In this document: piece after piece, positions 36,101-48,504 of the stretch
Layout: each line of letters starts with the position of its first letter
Numbering within the stretch: the first letter of the stretch is position 1
Program-made: the position numbers and the translations under genes
Assembly (NCBI GenBank): GCA_002189035.1
Contig: NEEC01000012.1
Location: 744,001 to 808,000 of the forward strand
Reading direction: 5' to 3'
DNA: 64,000 bases
Source of the DNA: Utricularia gibba
Taxonomy: Eukaryota > Plantae > Magnoliophyta
The notes under the pieces: model-generated
Told to the model about the DNA's origin: nothing
Databases searched by the model: none
The model's input: only the letters and a program-made list of their open reading frames with translations

Positions 36101-39092
36101 GATGTTATATCAAACAAATGAACACGATTATCTATGTTCATATTCGTTTATTTAAGTTAATCGAACAAGATTTTTGTTCATATTCGTTTATTTAATGTTC
36201 ACAAACATTCACGAACGTTCACGAATAAAGATATATTTATAAAACTCAAATTTAAAAATAACATGTTATTATTATTCATGTTTTTATAAAATAAATAACA
36301 AATAAAATAAACTAATATTTATTCAGGAAATGAAATATAAGTATCATATTCTTGTTCTTCTTCTTGCTCTTCACATGCTCCAACACTTGTCTTGCCACCA
36401 TAACTCTCTTGTTCTCGTTGAAGTCCAACTTGTTTCACAAAAATATAATTGTTATTAAACAAAGTATTTAAATATATTAAAATAAATATGCAAAATAATA
36501 CTACTTACACATGTAGATTTCTTTATTCCATGAATTCCTTTCACCCAATCACCAGCACAAAGTAACCTCTCACAAGTTTCAGTTGATAAATTTGATCGAA
36601 AATCATCAATAACTCGATCACCAGCACTGAAAGTAGCTTCTAAAGCAACAGATATCATAGGAATAGCCAAAATATGTCTTGCAATATTGGCTAAGATAGG
36701 ATATTTCACACTATTTATTTTCCACCAATTCAAAATATCAAACTTTGATGCAACATTAGCATCACTAAGAGCACAAGGGATAGTATCATCTAATAAGTAG
36801 ACTTCCAAATCTGATTTCTCCAAAAATTGAGATACTGATTTTTTTCTAAAGGAAGCAAATCTCGCCATGCCAGTTACAATTTTTGGCTTATAATTTGATC
36901 TTCCACTAGAAATATTATCTGATATTGGCAGATGAGTTTGTACCTGAGTAGACTGAGATGTTGTATGAGACAATGCATACTCATTATATAAATCATTCAA
37001 TACTTTCTTGACTTCCCCAATCTTCTCATGTGCCTTGTCCTCCCCATACAATATTGGAAAAGTAAATTCCAACAGCTCCAATTTGAATCTAGGATCTAAA
37101 ACTGCTCTTAATGCTATTACCATATTGCATTCACCCCAATACTTATCAAATTTCAAATTCATACTGAAAGCCATAGCCCTTACACGAGCATTAGGATCTA
37201 AATTTTTCTCAACCAAAAGTTCTTTCAATCTACAAAGCTTTGTGAGAAAAGATTAGAGGTTGGATAATCTGAAGCTGAAATAATGTTCGCTAACACATAA
37301 AAACAAGCCAAAAAAATCACATACTTGCAACCACTCATTAGTAGTAGGAACATAACAAAATCCAATATCTCTTTCTTTATACCTCATCAACACATCTTTA
37401 ACTTCAAGGCAAATGACAGCATCATATATGTAGAATTCCATCTAGTAGGACAATCCAAAATCAATTTTCTGATTGGCAATTGTAACATTTTTTTTATCTT
37501 TCCAAACTCTATCAAACGAGCCTCTGAACTATTCAAATATTTGAGTCCATCTCTAATACAGTCAACAACATCACCAATTTCATTCAAACCATCTTGTACC
37601 AAAAGATTTAATATATGAGCACAACAACGAACATGAAATAATTGACCTTTAATAGACAAATTCTTTCCCATCAAAAAGCTCTCTTTGAACATCCGTATGC
37701 ATACATCATTATAAGAAGCATTATCAACTGCAATACTGCATATTTTATTTTCAATCCCCCAATCAGTAAAACAATTCATCAGAGCATCTGCAATAATAAC
37801 TCCCGTATGGGGAGGTGGCACATTGCAAAAATTCAACACGTGTTTCTGTAAGCTCTAATTATGATCCAAAAAATGTCCTGTTACAACCATATACTACAAA
37901 ATCAAAGAACAAATGAATAATCATCACATCACCTCATCAATCTTCACTTGTAAACAATATTAGTTGGGGAATTTGGTTGAATGGAAGGGATGAGAATGAG
38001 GGTGACGTGCGCTAGTGTTGGAGGGGAAGGGAAGAGTGTTTTTAATTTAATATTTGATATATTATTTATATATATAATTAAATATATTCAATTATGTTTG
38101 ATTATATTCAATTGTTCGTTTATGTTTGTTCATTTAAGTAATTGAACATAAATTTTCTTCGTGTTCGTTCAATTATACTATTCAAACGAAAATAAACAAT
38201 TTTAATTAAATTGAACACGATTCGAACATGAATTGTTCCGGGCCGTGAACAGTAGCAACCGGGCGACAGAACAATCTTTATTTCTTTTTCGTTTTCTGAA
38301 TGTTTCGAGTTTCTGTATCTGACTTGCTTACAATGTTCCTGCTATTTTCACCATATTATCTGAATAAAATCGTGTTTTATTTTCCAAGTATCAATAGCTA
38401 AAGCATTAGGGATGCCTTAAGGTGAAGTATGGTGGTGTGTTCTTAGGATTAATAATGAAATTTATGTTTGCTCTTTATCTCTTATTTCTATCAATTCACA
38501 GATAGATCTAGGAAGGGGAACAAGTAGTTTCACAACTAATATGTTTGGTTTAGAGGTAGACCAACAAATAAAGATTGGAGCAGTAGGTATTAGTCCAGAG
38601 TAGAACCAGGTAGACCTAGTTCTATATGCTTTGCATGCAGGGAGACCTAATTGCAATGTTGGTTATGATATTGGGGACTAACTTAGCCAAAAATATGATG
38701 AATGATCTAGGTAGACTTAAGTTATTTGAAGTTGTGAGTGTGGGAACATGGTAAATGAAATTAGGCACCTTAGCATAACACCACATGCAGATCCTTAAGG
38801 CATATTCATATTATTCTTAGTTAGAACCAATACTTCTTACCTTTCGCATTGAAACCTGATTCCGTTTACAGAATTTACTTGCCACTACTAGTCCGAGCTT
38901 AGACTAAGACCACTGTATTCCGAATTATGCATTTACTAAAATACTTAGCAAGCATAAGCTCCTCGTGATCGACCCCAACATCCAATATACCAGTTTTCTA
39001 AATTTGTGTTTTGTGTAAATTATGGACTATAAATTTATTTGATATGGAAGTTTGCTTTTATTGCAACGATATGCTAAAATTTCCGTTTATCA
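33150..39092 (+). mobile_element. Athila-like 3' half, copy 2 (env-like ORF 33169-34671, 3' spacer, LTR 35577-39092 interrupted by hAT)
   Basis: MPKYVPLYMKTGKFAQEKEKFQRQMTRKGIPYFKHH and MTRDYRRTKIK are homologous to copy 1. GGACTTGAGAACAAG precedes the LTR start TGATGACACAC; the LTR ends TTCCGTTTATCA. Confidence 0.85.
36097..38234 (-). mobile_element. hAT DNA transposon derivative with a frameshifted, 5'-deleted transposase (about 36455-37890), inserted in the Athila LTR
   Basis: VDNASYND, HVRCCAHILNLLVQDG, DCPTRWNSTYMML, LDPRFKL and the dimerisation domain LNWWK..YPILANIARHILAIP. Subterminal GAACA/TGTTC repeats at both ends. TAGAGATG terminus at 36097. Confidence 0.9.
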
Positions 39093-39152
39093 GTAAATTA
39101 ATTTTTTCAATATGATTATGGTATTTTATAAAAATAAAAAAATCATAAAGTA

Positions 39153-40423
39153 TGATAGCACACAAATTTTCATGTTCTTAGGATATGAAATTTAGGAAAA
39201 TGTGATTTTTTGTGTGTTAGTGGGCTAAATCCTTTGATTTAGCCTACCCATGTTCTAACCCAATTTTGAGCCTAGCAGCTACCCGAAAATCATGGAAAAG
39301 TCAAGGATTCTGTACAAGTTATCGCGCAGTAAGAAGCAATGAATACACTGTCCCGACAACAGTCTGCAAGTCAAGGGTAGGAGTAGCAGATTTGTCAGAG
39401 AATGTACTTGCCTTGGGCGGTGGGAGGCGAGAGAAAGGGAGAGGAGAGAGAATCGTAAGGGGACAACACGTTTTTCAAAATACACAGGGGGGGTTTCCCT
39501 CCAACATCGGGGACAACAACTTCTTCTCAAACAACAAGACCCCCAACACAAAGAACACCGACCAAGAGAGGAGAAGAAGAACTTCATCCTCAAGAACAGC
39601 ATCAGAACCAGTTCAGCGCTACTGTTCTGGTCCAGGAACAGTAGCAGACAAAAACCAGACTTCTTACTGCAACCAACTTCTACACGATGTTCTTGACATT
39701 TTCTTTGTTTTATGTTAATATTATTACTTTTTAACTTCAAAATATGAGTAGCTAGAACCTTAGAGATGTTTTAAGGAGAAGCATGGTGGTGTGAGTCTAA
39801 GATTCTTAATAAAATTCACCATTGTTTCTTAGTTCTTGTTTCTATTATTCCATGGGTAGACCTAAGGAACTAAGATGCTTGATTTAGAGGTAGACCAACA
39901 AATCAAGACGGGAACAGTAAGTAGAACTAGTAGAACCAGGTACACTTAGTTCTATGTGCTTTGCATGCGGGTAGACCTAATTGCAGTGTTGATGATGATA
40001 TTGGAGACTAGCTTATCCGAAAATGGGATGAATGACTTAGGTAGACTTAGGTTATTTGAAGTTGTGAGTATAGGAACATGGTAGATTAAGTTAGGTATTT
40101 TGACACCACACCTCCTACACACCCTTAAGGCATCTACGTATTATTTTGAGTTAGAACTAGTACTTGTTACCTTTTACATTGAAACCTAATTTCGTTTACT
40201 GAACTTACTTGTCACTGCTAGTCCGAGCTTAGACTAATACCATTGTATTCCGAATTATGCATCTACTAAAGCACTTAGCAAGCACAAGTTCTTTGTGATT
40301 GACCCCGAATTCCACTGTACAATTTGTGTTTAATTTGTATTTTGTGAAGATTAGAGACTATAAATTTATTTGATACGGATGTTTGCTTTTATTGCAAAGA
40401 CATTGCTAAATTTCCGTTTATCA
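39153..40423 (+). mobile_element. Athila-like solo LTR, 1271 bp
   Basis: TGATAGCACAC...TTTCCGTTTATCA with a perfect TSD, AAGTA/AAGTA. Confidence 0.92.
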
Positions 40424-43400
40424 AAGTATTTAAAAAATACACTGGTAATTGTGAAATAATAAGAGACCATAGGAAGAGAGGAGTTTTATCCATTTACATT
40501 TGACAAACGCTAGGGAATTGGGCAAATAATAAGAGATTTGTGATTGACTTGAGTTGTATAAGATTCTACTGCTACTCTACTAAATGAGTTGTAAAATCAT
40601 TTCATCCCCCTCCTCTCCGTCCTTGGTATTGCTCATTTGCTCCTTCCTCTTCATTCTATGGCTTCAAATTTCACCTCAAGAATGTTTCTATGATTCATTC
40701 TCTTTCATTTTTCTTGTTTTCTTGACCTCTAATCTAAACTTTGCATTCAATAAACATTTTTCTTGAACCAATGATCAAAGTTATATTGAAATTCTAGTTA
40801 GATGGGCAATATTGGGTGATTCACTATCATGTATATGCTTCAGAACTGACGAAAATCTTAGTGGTGAAAAAATTTATTTGTAGAAATATGCTATTTAAGA
40901 CTAATCAAAGTGAACTAGGAATCATAGTGAATTTTTACAATGTTTGACAATGTACCGATTCAATATATCTCTCCTACACTATGGATCCCAATATATCTGA
41001 TTTTGATATTGAAATGTTAATTTTGCAAGTTAACATTTGCTTTTGATCCTTATGAATTTTATACAATTTTTTGTGAATTTGAAAAAAATTACTAATTTAA
41101 GCATACAATATTTTTCTTTTTTTTCTAATATTTTAATTTTTTAAATAATGACTATTTCACATCTCTTTCTTTTTTATCGGTTTTACTTGTTATACTAAAA
41201 TGTCATTATTAATTTTTAATTTAATTCATATTTAGTTAAAAATATTTTTATTCATTTGATTGGTTCTTAATCTCAATAATATTTTTTAAAAATTATAAAC
41301 AAATAGAAGTAATTTGAACGTACTATTCTTATTATAAAATTCAAAGCTTATTATTGTGATTTTTATTGTGATTGAGAAAACTAGCATATTTCTTGTTATA
41401 ATAAAATATTAATCATAAAAATATCTGATAAAAAACAAAGGTCAAAACAAGTATTTTTTCAAATGAAATAGGCCTTACACACAAATAAATTTTAGTTAGG
41501 TTGATAAGTTTATCTTATTGATACAACCAATGTATATACAAAACATGTATTTTGTATATACTTTCCCTACCTTTAGTATTCTACAATGACTTTTTCTAAA
41601 AGATATATTTTTTAATTCTCTCATGAAATTAATATAAGAAAAATAATAACATAATCTAAAATTTATTATCTAGTTTTTCCAAATCAATTATAATTACTAG
41701 AAAAACGTTTATAACTGATAGCATAAGCTAATGCAAACTCTCAAATAGTAAAGAAAAGTATTCTGAACAAGCATAATAAAATACAAAATGAGAGTTACCT
41801 TATTAGCACTTTGTAATACTCCCAATCTCAATAGTCTTCATTCGTTGATGCTTGACCAATGTGATTAATAAACAGGCTATTAATTTTGATAATTTTCGGC
41901 TGCATATTAAAATGGAAAAAATAGTGAATTCAAAAAATTGATATGTTTGAGAGTCTAAAAATTTATAGTTTAGTATTTTGGGGAATGTATGTATATAGTT
42001 TTTCTACATGCCCATTAAAAATAATTGAATTCAAAAAATTATTTATAATGAGATCGATAGATGAAAAAATCTAAAACTGTATATGCCTAAAAGTTTTTTT
42101 CATCAAAAGATATATATAAAACTGAAAAAACAATTTACATTACATTCATGAAGAAAATATCGTAGTAGTAGCAAGGGAAGGTTGATCCATAGCGAGCAAA
42201 CATTTTTCAATTATAAATAATATGCGTAAGTAGGATTAAATTGAGAGTTTTTGTAGAGATGTGAGTTTCTATTCTAATGAAATTATTAAAATTCTTAAAA
42301 TGGCTTCTACACTAAAATAGGCAATGAAATGAGCAGATCAGTGTTTCTAAAAGTTTAAAAATATGCATTTCAGTTAATCCGAAAATAAATCATACTTAGA
42401 AGAAAATCTAAATATGCTCCAATTACTACTCTAATTCACGTTTAAAAATAGAACAGAACATGATAAAGAAAGCATGCTGAATTGAAGACACTCAAAAAAG
42501 TATATATTCTAGCAAGAAATGTAAATGGAACAAGTAGGTTACGAAAATGCAAAAAGAAAATGTATAAAATAAAAAGTTTGTTCAATTCTCTAGGTCAGGT
42601 CTATGTATCGATCCTCTTCTCTTCTCATGCAGGCTGGTTCTAAGGTTTTGATAAGAAGGTTCCGAGTGTTCTGCTGCGATAGTTCTAGTATCATTCTAAA
42701 ATTACTTCCATCGTTTCTTTTTCAACAAGCATATCTCTGTTTTCATAGGGCTCTTGATGCTAAAGGTTAGTTCTAGTGTCATGATAGAACTTCTACTCCT
42801 CTGACTTCTTTTCTCAAGAAATATGAAAGTTCTTGCCAAAAAATCTCTAGGAAAAGATCCCAAGTTGGTCTCTAGAGCTTCCCTCCAGAATCGCTCCTTT
42901 TCTTTTTGATTTATTTTTTATGTTATTCTTGTAACCAGATCATTCCAATCTATCCCATATTTGGATAGTCAGACTTGTCAACATTTTATTTTTCGGTTGC
43001 AACAAGCTTATTATTCCTCTTTTGGGCTTCAATAGTTTACTTTTTCTTTTTTTTTTTTCTGACACTTGCTCAAAAAATATCATTTCTCATTAATTCGGCT
43101 CTCCACATAGGCTTAAAATTCATCATTTGTTCCTATACTAAAACAACTATGCAAATTGGTCAAACACAAGGCTTGACCCAAATGGGTTGACAATTCCTAA
43201 GCTTGGATGAACATTATAATCACACCTGCCCTTGGATTAATGTAGAAAATGGTTCAAAACATATTTTTACCCAAAATAATTTTTTTAATTTTCATAATTT
43301 TTTCTACTTTAATTCACCTAATCTCCTATGCTAACACTCAAAATAGTATAAATATGATCAAATTTAGCACAACATCAAAGACATGCTCATTACTCAATCT

Positions 43401-44741
43401 AAAACTATACATACATATTCATGTTACAAATTTAAAATCTCATCCATGTTAGTAAAAAAAAATTATAATAAATTAAAAATATTTTGTAATTCATTATTAT
43501 GTTCAATATATGATTATATTTTTTCATTTCAGCTTCAAAATAATAAAATAGATTTATAGGATTTTGGGTTTAGGGTTAATAGAGTCACCTCATACTCAAT
43601 TACGGTGACCATTCATAATGTTATTTTTAGTAGAATCCCACCAAATTTTGCTTCTCACTACCCCTTATTGTGTGTTACAATAACTTTGACTAAAAAAGAA
43701 TTATTCAATCCTCCATAGATAGTGTCAATTTACCTAATTTATTAAATAACATTTTCCAAAAAATATTAATTACTTTAAAAATTCATTTACATTATATTAC
43801 ACTTGCTTCTTCAAGCACTATATCTATCTACACACTCAAGGGTTTTTTTTATACAAAAAAGGTATCTTTTATATCAAATTTTTTTTTAATACTTGATATA
43901 TTGATAAACATATTTTGGAGAAGTATTTTGAATTTGTGATCACCGTATTGTGTACAATGCTTGTCTACTCAACTATCTAAGAAGATAAAGTCATGAGTTC
44001 ATAAATTTTTTGAATTGTTTGTCAAATTATAATAAATATTATTAATATATAAAACACTATTTGAAAAATATGAAAAACAAAATGTGATTGATCTACTTTC
44101 ACACACAAATGTATTTTTCACTCAAATAATTGCTACACATTTATGGTAACAATTATAAAAGTTAAATAGACAAAATTTGTTTTTATTAATTGGAATATAA
44201 TTATACTACATATATAAAAAGGGATGTTTTTATTATTTTGATACATTTAAAATATAATATAATATATTTACATTTTCAAATAAGAAATTCAAATATATCA
44301 CAGAATATTTTAAATATAGATATGTTATTTTTGTAATTTTGGAATCATATAATTATAATAGTCATTACAATATGAAAAATACCAATTACAATTTATTCCT
44401 TTCAAAAGCAATTTGAAAATATTCATTAGATAATAAAAAAGATAATTTTGAAAAATTTGCTAATTATGATCTTTTAGCATGTAAACTTATAAATTCTGAA
44501 AAAGAATCTTTTTTCTTTCTAGATTGATTTTTCAAGCAAATAATAACTAAAAGATTTATTTAAATATGCCTAAAGAAAAACCTTTTGAAAAGTTGAAGAA
44601 TCAAACTATGTTAAATGATCGGGATGATATGCTATATATGAAAAAGGATGTTAAAGAATATTATGATTGTCAAATAAAGCAAATAAATTACTAGAAACAA
44701 TTTTCCAATTGGATCGGAATGCATGTAGAAAGAATTAAGGT

Positions 44742-47324
44742 TGATAAACAAAAATTCCTAATGTCGTTACGAAAATAGAAATTTCATATCAAATAAATTT
44801 ACAAGCCCTAATCTACACAAAATACAAATTTAGAAAACTTGTATAGTAGATTTCGAGGTCGATCACGAGGAGCTTGTGCTTGTTAAGTGTTTCAGCAGAT
44901 GCAAAATTCGGAATAACAGTGGTCTTAGTTTAAGCTTGAACAAACATAGGTGATCAAGTTCAATAAACAAAATCAAGTCTCAACACTAAAAGTAACAATT
45001 ACTGGTTTTAAGACAGACTAATGCAAAGATGCCTTAAGGGTCTGTAAGTGGTGTGGTGCTAAGATGCCTAATTTAAATTACCATGTTTCTATGTTCACAA
45101 CTTCGAACAACCTAAGTCTACCCAGGTCATTCATCATATTTTCGGCTGAGGTAGTTCTCAATATCATCATCAACATTGCAATTAGGTCTACTCAGATGTA
45201 AAGCATATAAAACTAGGTCTACCCGATTCTACTGCTTCTACTATGGACTAATACCTACTACTCTCATCTTGATTTGTTGGTCTATCTCTAAATCAAGAAT
45301 CTTAGTTGCGAAATTACTTGTTCCCCTCATTAAGTCTACCCATGGAATTAGGTCTACCCATGGAAGATAGAAACAAGAACTAAAAAATAAATATAAATTT
45401 CATGAATAATCCTAGATCTACACCAACATACTTTACCTTAAGTCATATGTAAAGTAAAGTATGTAAAGTCATAGGTTTTAGCTACTCATATGTAAAAGAT
45501 AAAGTATGATATCATCAAGATAAACTGAAGAGAATTGCAAAGGCATTGTAAAACAACAGTCAACGTAACGAAATATCCAGCAAACTAAAGATAAAGTTGA
45601 GTGTTTTGTTTGCAATCTACTACTGTTCACTACCCGGAACAGTAGCACTGAATTGGGTCTGTGATGTTGTTCTTCAAGTCTTTGGTCTTCCTTCTGAAGA
45701 AATCGACTTCATCTTCCTTCCTTCGTGTTCTCTCCCCCCCCCCCCCCCCCCCCCTCCTGAGGTATGGTCATGTTCTCTTCCTTCTCCCTTCTTCAAAAAT
45801 ATCCTCACATTTTTTTTTCATTTTCCAAAGTAAGTCCACTGATCTTGACATCTATCTATACTTGATAACACATCTTTTTGAGTGATTGAGTAGATGGAAA
45901 AGACTCATATTGTGCTACAAAATTAAGTTTATTGCCTAGTTCTACATTTTTACGCATAAGTACCCCGTAGTTGTGTTATTTTAGTCTTAGTTGGGAAACC
46001 TTCTAATAGTTTTCTTTGAGCAATGCAGCACAAGTCGTAACATCAATCCCAAGGAGTCGTATAGGAACAATGTAGTGGTAGAAGATGGGGTCAAAGTCTG
46101 AAAAGGAGTACACACAAACTCCAAGGAAGGAAAAAAGATGGATTTTGGACAAAAAGGGGGAACAAGATGGAGAGAGAAGGCAGATCTCCTGATTGGAAAC
46201 TCACGACATTCTTCTTAGAGAAGGTTTCCGGGGGAGAAGGAGGAAGACGAACAGGAACTAAGTTGATGCTTGAAGACTATTTTCTGTTTCTAAGGATTAT
46301 TACTCTTAGCTAAGAATATCTAGCGACATTTCCAGCTTTCTGTTGAATTTTTAAGTTTCCAACTTGTTTCTTTTTTGGTAGTTGACTAAGGGATGAGTAC
46401 ATTGTGGATGATATTTTCTTTTCTATTTTCGTTTATCTTAAGCATGAGTGGCTTAATACTTATGGGGTGCCTTGGGGTGAAAGGGGGAAAAACATGCTAA
46501 TCAATCTTTAGACCTAATTAGCCATAAGTCACGCTACTTCCTTAACAAACCAGGATAGATCCAGGAGGAGGAAGTAGTGAAACCCAGCTTAACAACCCTA
46601 ATTAGAGGTAGACCAAAGATTAGGGGGAAAACAAGAGTGTGGATAGACGTAGACCTTGTGAGTTAGTTGTATGATTTATGGTTTGTGTGAGTGTGTTTAA
46701 TGATAAACATACATCTCCTAGGACCCAAAGCATCACACATTTCATTCCAGAAACAACCGAGCCCCAAACTTATTACTTTTCTTTACTGTATTCCGTTGTA
46801 ATTCTGCCTTAGTTCTAGTTAAGACCAATTCTACTAATATGACACTGATTTCATGCATTAACTTTCACATAGCAAGTACCTAGTTCCTTATGTTCAACCC
46901 TAGCTCATTATGCTCATATTTTCCATATGATTTGAGGTGAATTAGACTTATAAATTTTATTTGATAGGAGAAATTTGCAAATTAATGACTTTGTACAAAT
47001 TTTTCGTTTATCAGTACTGTTCCTAGCTTTAACCTGCAGAATGTGGGTGGCTAAATATTAATCATGTCTCCTCCTTGTATCTTGTGCCCCTCGAATTGTG
47101 CTTATAAACTAGCTAAATGTGATCTATAATTCTACTTCTAATACTTGGAAGAATATTAGAAATCATAATATAGAGTAAATCAATGATTTAGTCTATATTA
47201 TGCATAAAAATACAAATAACATTATAATTAACAAAATATTAAAAATTATAATTAAAATACTTAATTTTATCATTAAACATATTAATTTTATAACTTAAAA
47301 ACACTAGTGAAATGTGTGTTATCA
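44742..47324 (-). mobile_element. Athila-like LTR on the minus strand, interrupted by a nested solo LTR
   Basis: Reverse complement begins TGATAACACAC (47324) and ends GTTTATCA (44742). The body aligns with the other Athila LTRs and homology resumes after 47018. Flanks AAGGT/GGCAT do not match. Confidence 0.72.
45863..47013 (+). mobile_element. Athila-like solo LTR (different subfamily), 1151 bp
   Basis: TGATAACACATC...TTTCGTTTATCA with a 4/5 TSD, ATACT/GTACT. Confidence 0.82.
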
Positions 47325-48504
47325 GGCATACAAAATCCTGAATGTTGGTTCTTCTTTGAATTTATTTTTCTTTATAAGAGATATTAAAAGAACCATAGTT
47401 TATACCAAGAGAATTATTTTTTAAAATTAGAATATAAATGAAAAAATAAGAGTGAAAATAATAAAATAAAGAAAATACCAACTTATTATTATTCCCCAAA
47501 AAAACTTCCAAATAAAGTCGAAAAAGGATTCTAAAACCAAAAATACCTTGAATCTGTTTCCCACAAAATAATGATATTAATATGGAAGAAAAAAATAGAT
47601 CTCTTAAGTATCCAAAATTTTAGTGAAAAATGTACGGAATATAAACATGCATATATAAAATGATATATCAATGTATATTGAACTCTTAGTACATAAATAG
47701 TAAAATACAATTTGATTATATCAATAACAGGTTTTATATAGATACATAAAATACGTTTATTAGCTAGTTACCTACCTAAAAAACTCAAGGGTTGCAGTTT
47801 AAATAAAAGCAAAAGGGAATTAGATTCTAATAAGATCCAAATCTCAAAGTAGGACTAAGGGGGATATGGTGAAATGAGGAGACGCTGTGGACTTGAGATG
47901 AATCCAAAGCTCTTATTTTCTGTCGAATGTTCTCCTCCAAAACTTGATGCAAATAAATGCATTTTTGCTATATATATGCAGACTTAATCCTGGTCATTGT
48001 TTGACAATAACTAATTGATTTCTTTTCTTTCAATTATTATTATGGTCCATAAATAATTACCAACCGTTTTTCCAATGTAGAAAATATAAATTCCAATGGT
48101 TTTGGCTACTATAACCCTCCCGAGCACAATTTTCTAGGTATTTTATTAGAATAAAAGATAAAATTGTGTTTTTGATAAATATAAATCAATACCAAAACAA
48201 AGTAAATGGAATAATGGATAAAGAAATAGTGGGTTCCATTATTACTTCGTAAACTTTGAGATCCAGAGCCTTTCCTTCATTTAATCAATGTCACTGGAGA
48301 CTACACTCTGGATCTATCCATTAACAACTCTTTCACAACGAGACACGTCCGTACAGTAACGGTATTTAATGATGAATGGATGCACCAGAAGGGTATTTAT
48401 CGAGTGTCAGGATTCACCAAGCAGTAGGAATGAAGCAGGGCAGAATCACAAACTGGAGGGGGGGGTGGGGGGTGGGGTTTGCTCTCTATCAGACGCATCT
48501 ACTG

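Noticed and set aside
43564-43577. Interstitial telomeric array
   Set aside because: Only about two imperfect TTT(A/G)GGG units, expected by chance in AT-rich DNA.
40430-44740. Genes or classifiable transposons in the AT-rich interval, including an LTR-like end near 42980
   Set aside because: Probably decayed TE sequence, but no termini pair, TSD or protein motif could be supported by eye.
45734-45754. Poly-C tract (21 nt) as a functional element
   Set aside because: It lies inside an Athila LTR at the position of its purine-rich tract; homopolymer length is also unreliable.
48457-48480. G-quadruplex in the C3H7 3' UTR
   Set aside because: The G-runs are on the template strand (the transcript is C-rich) and there is no other evidence of function.
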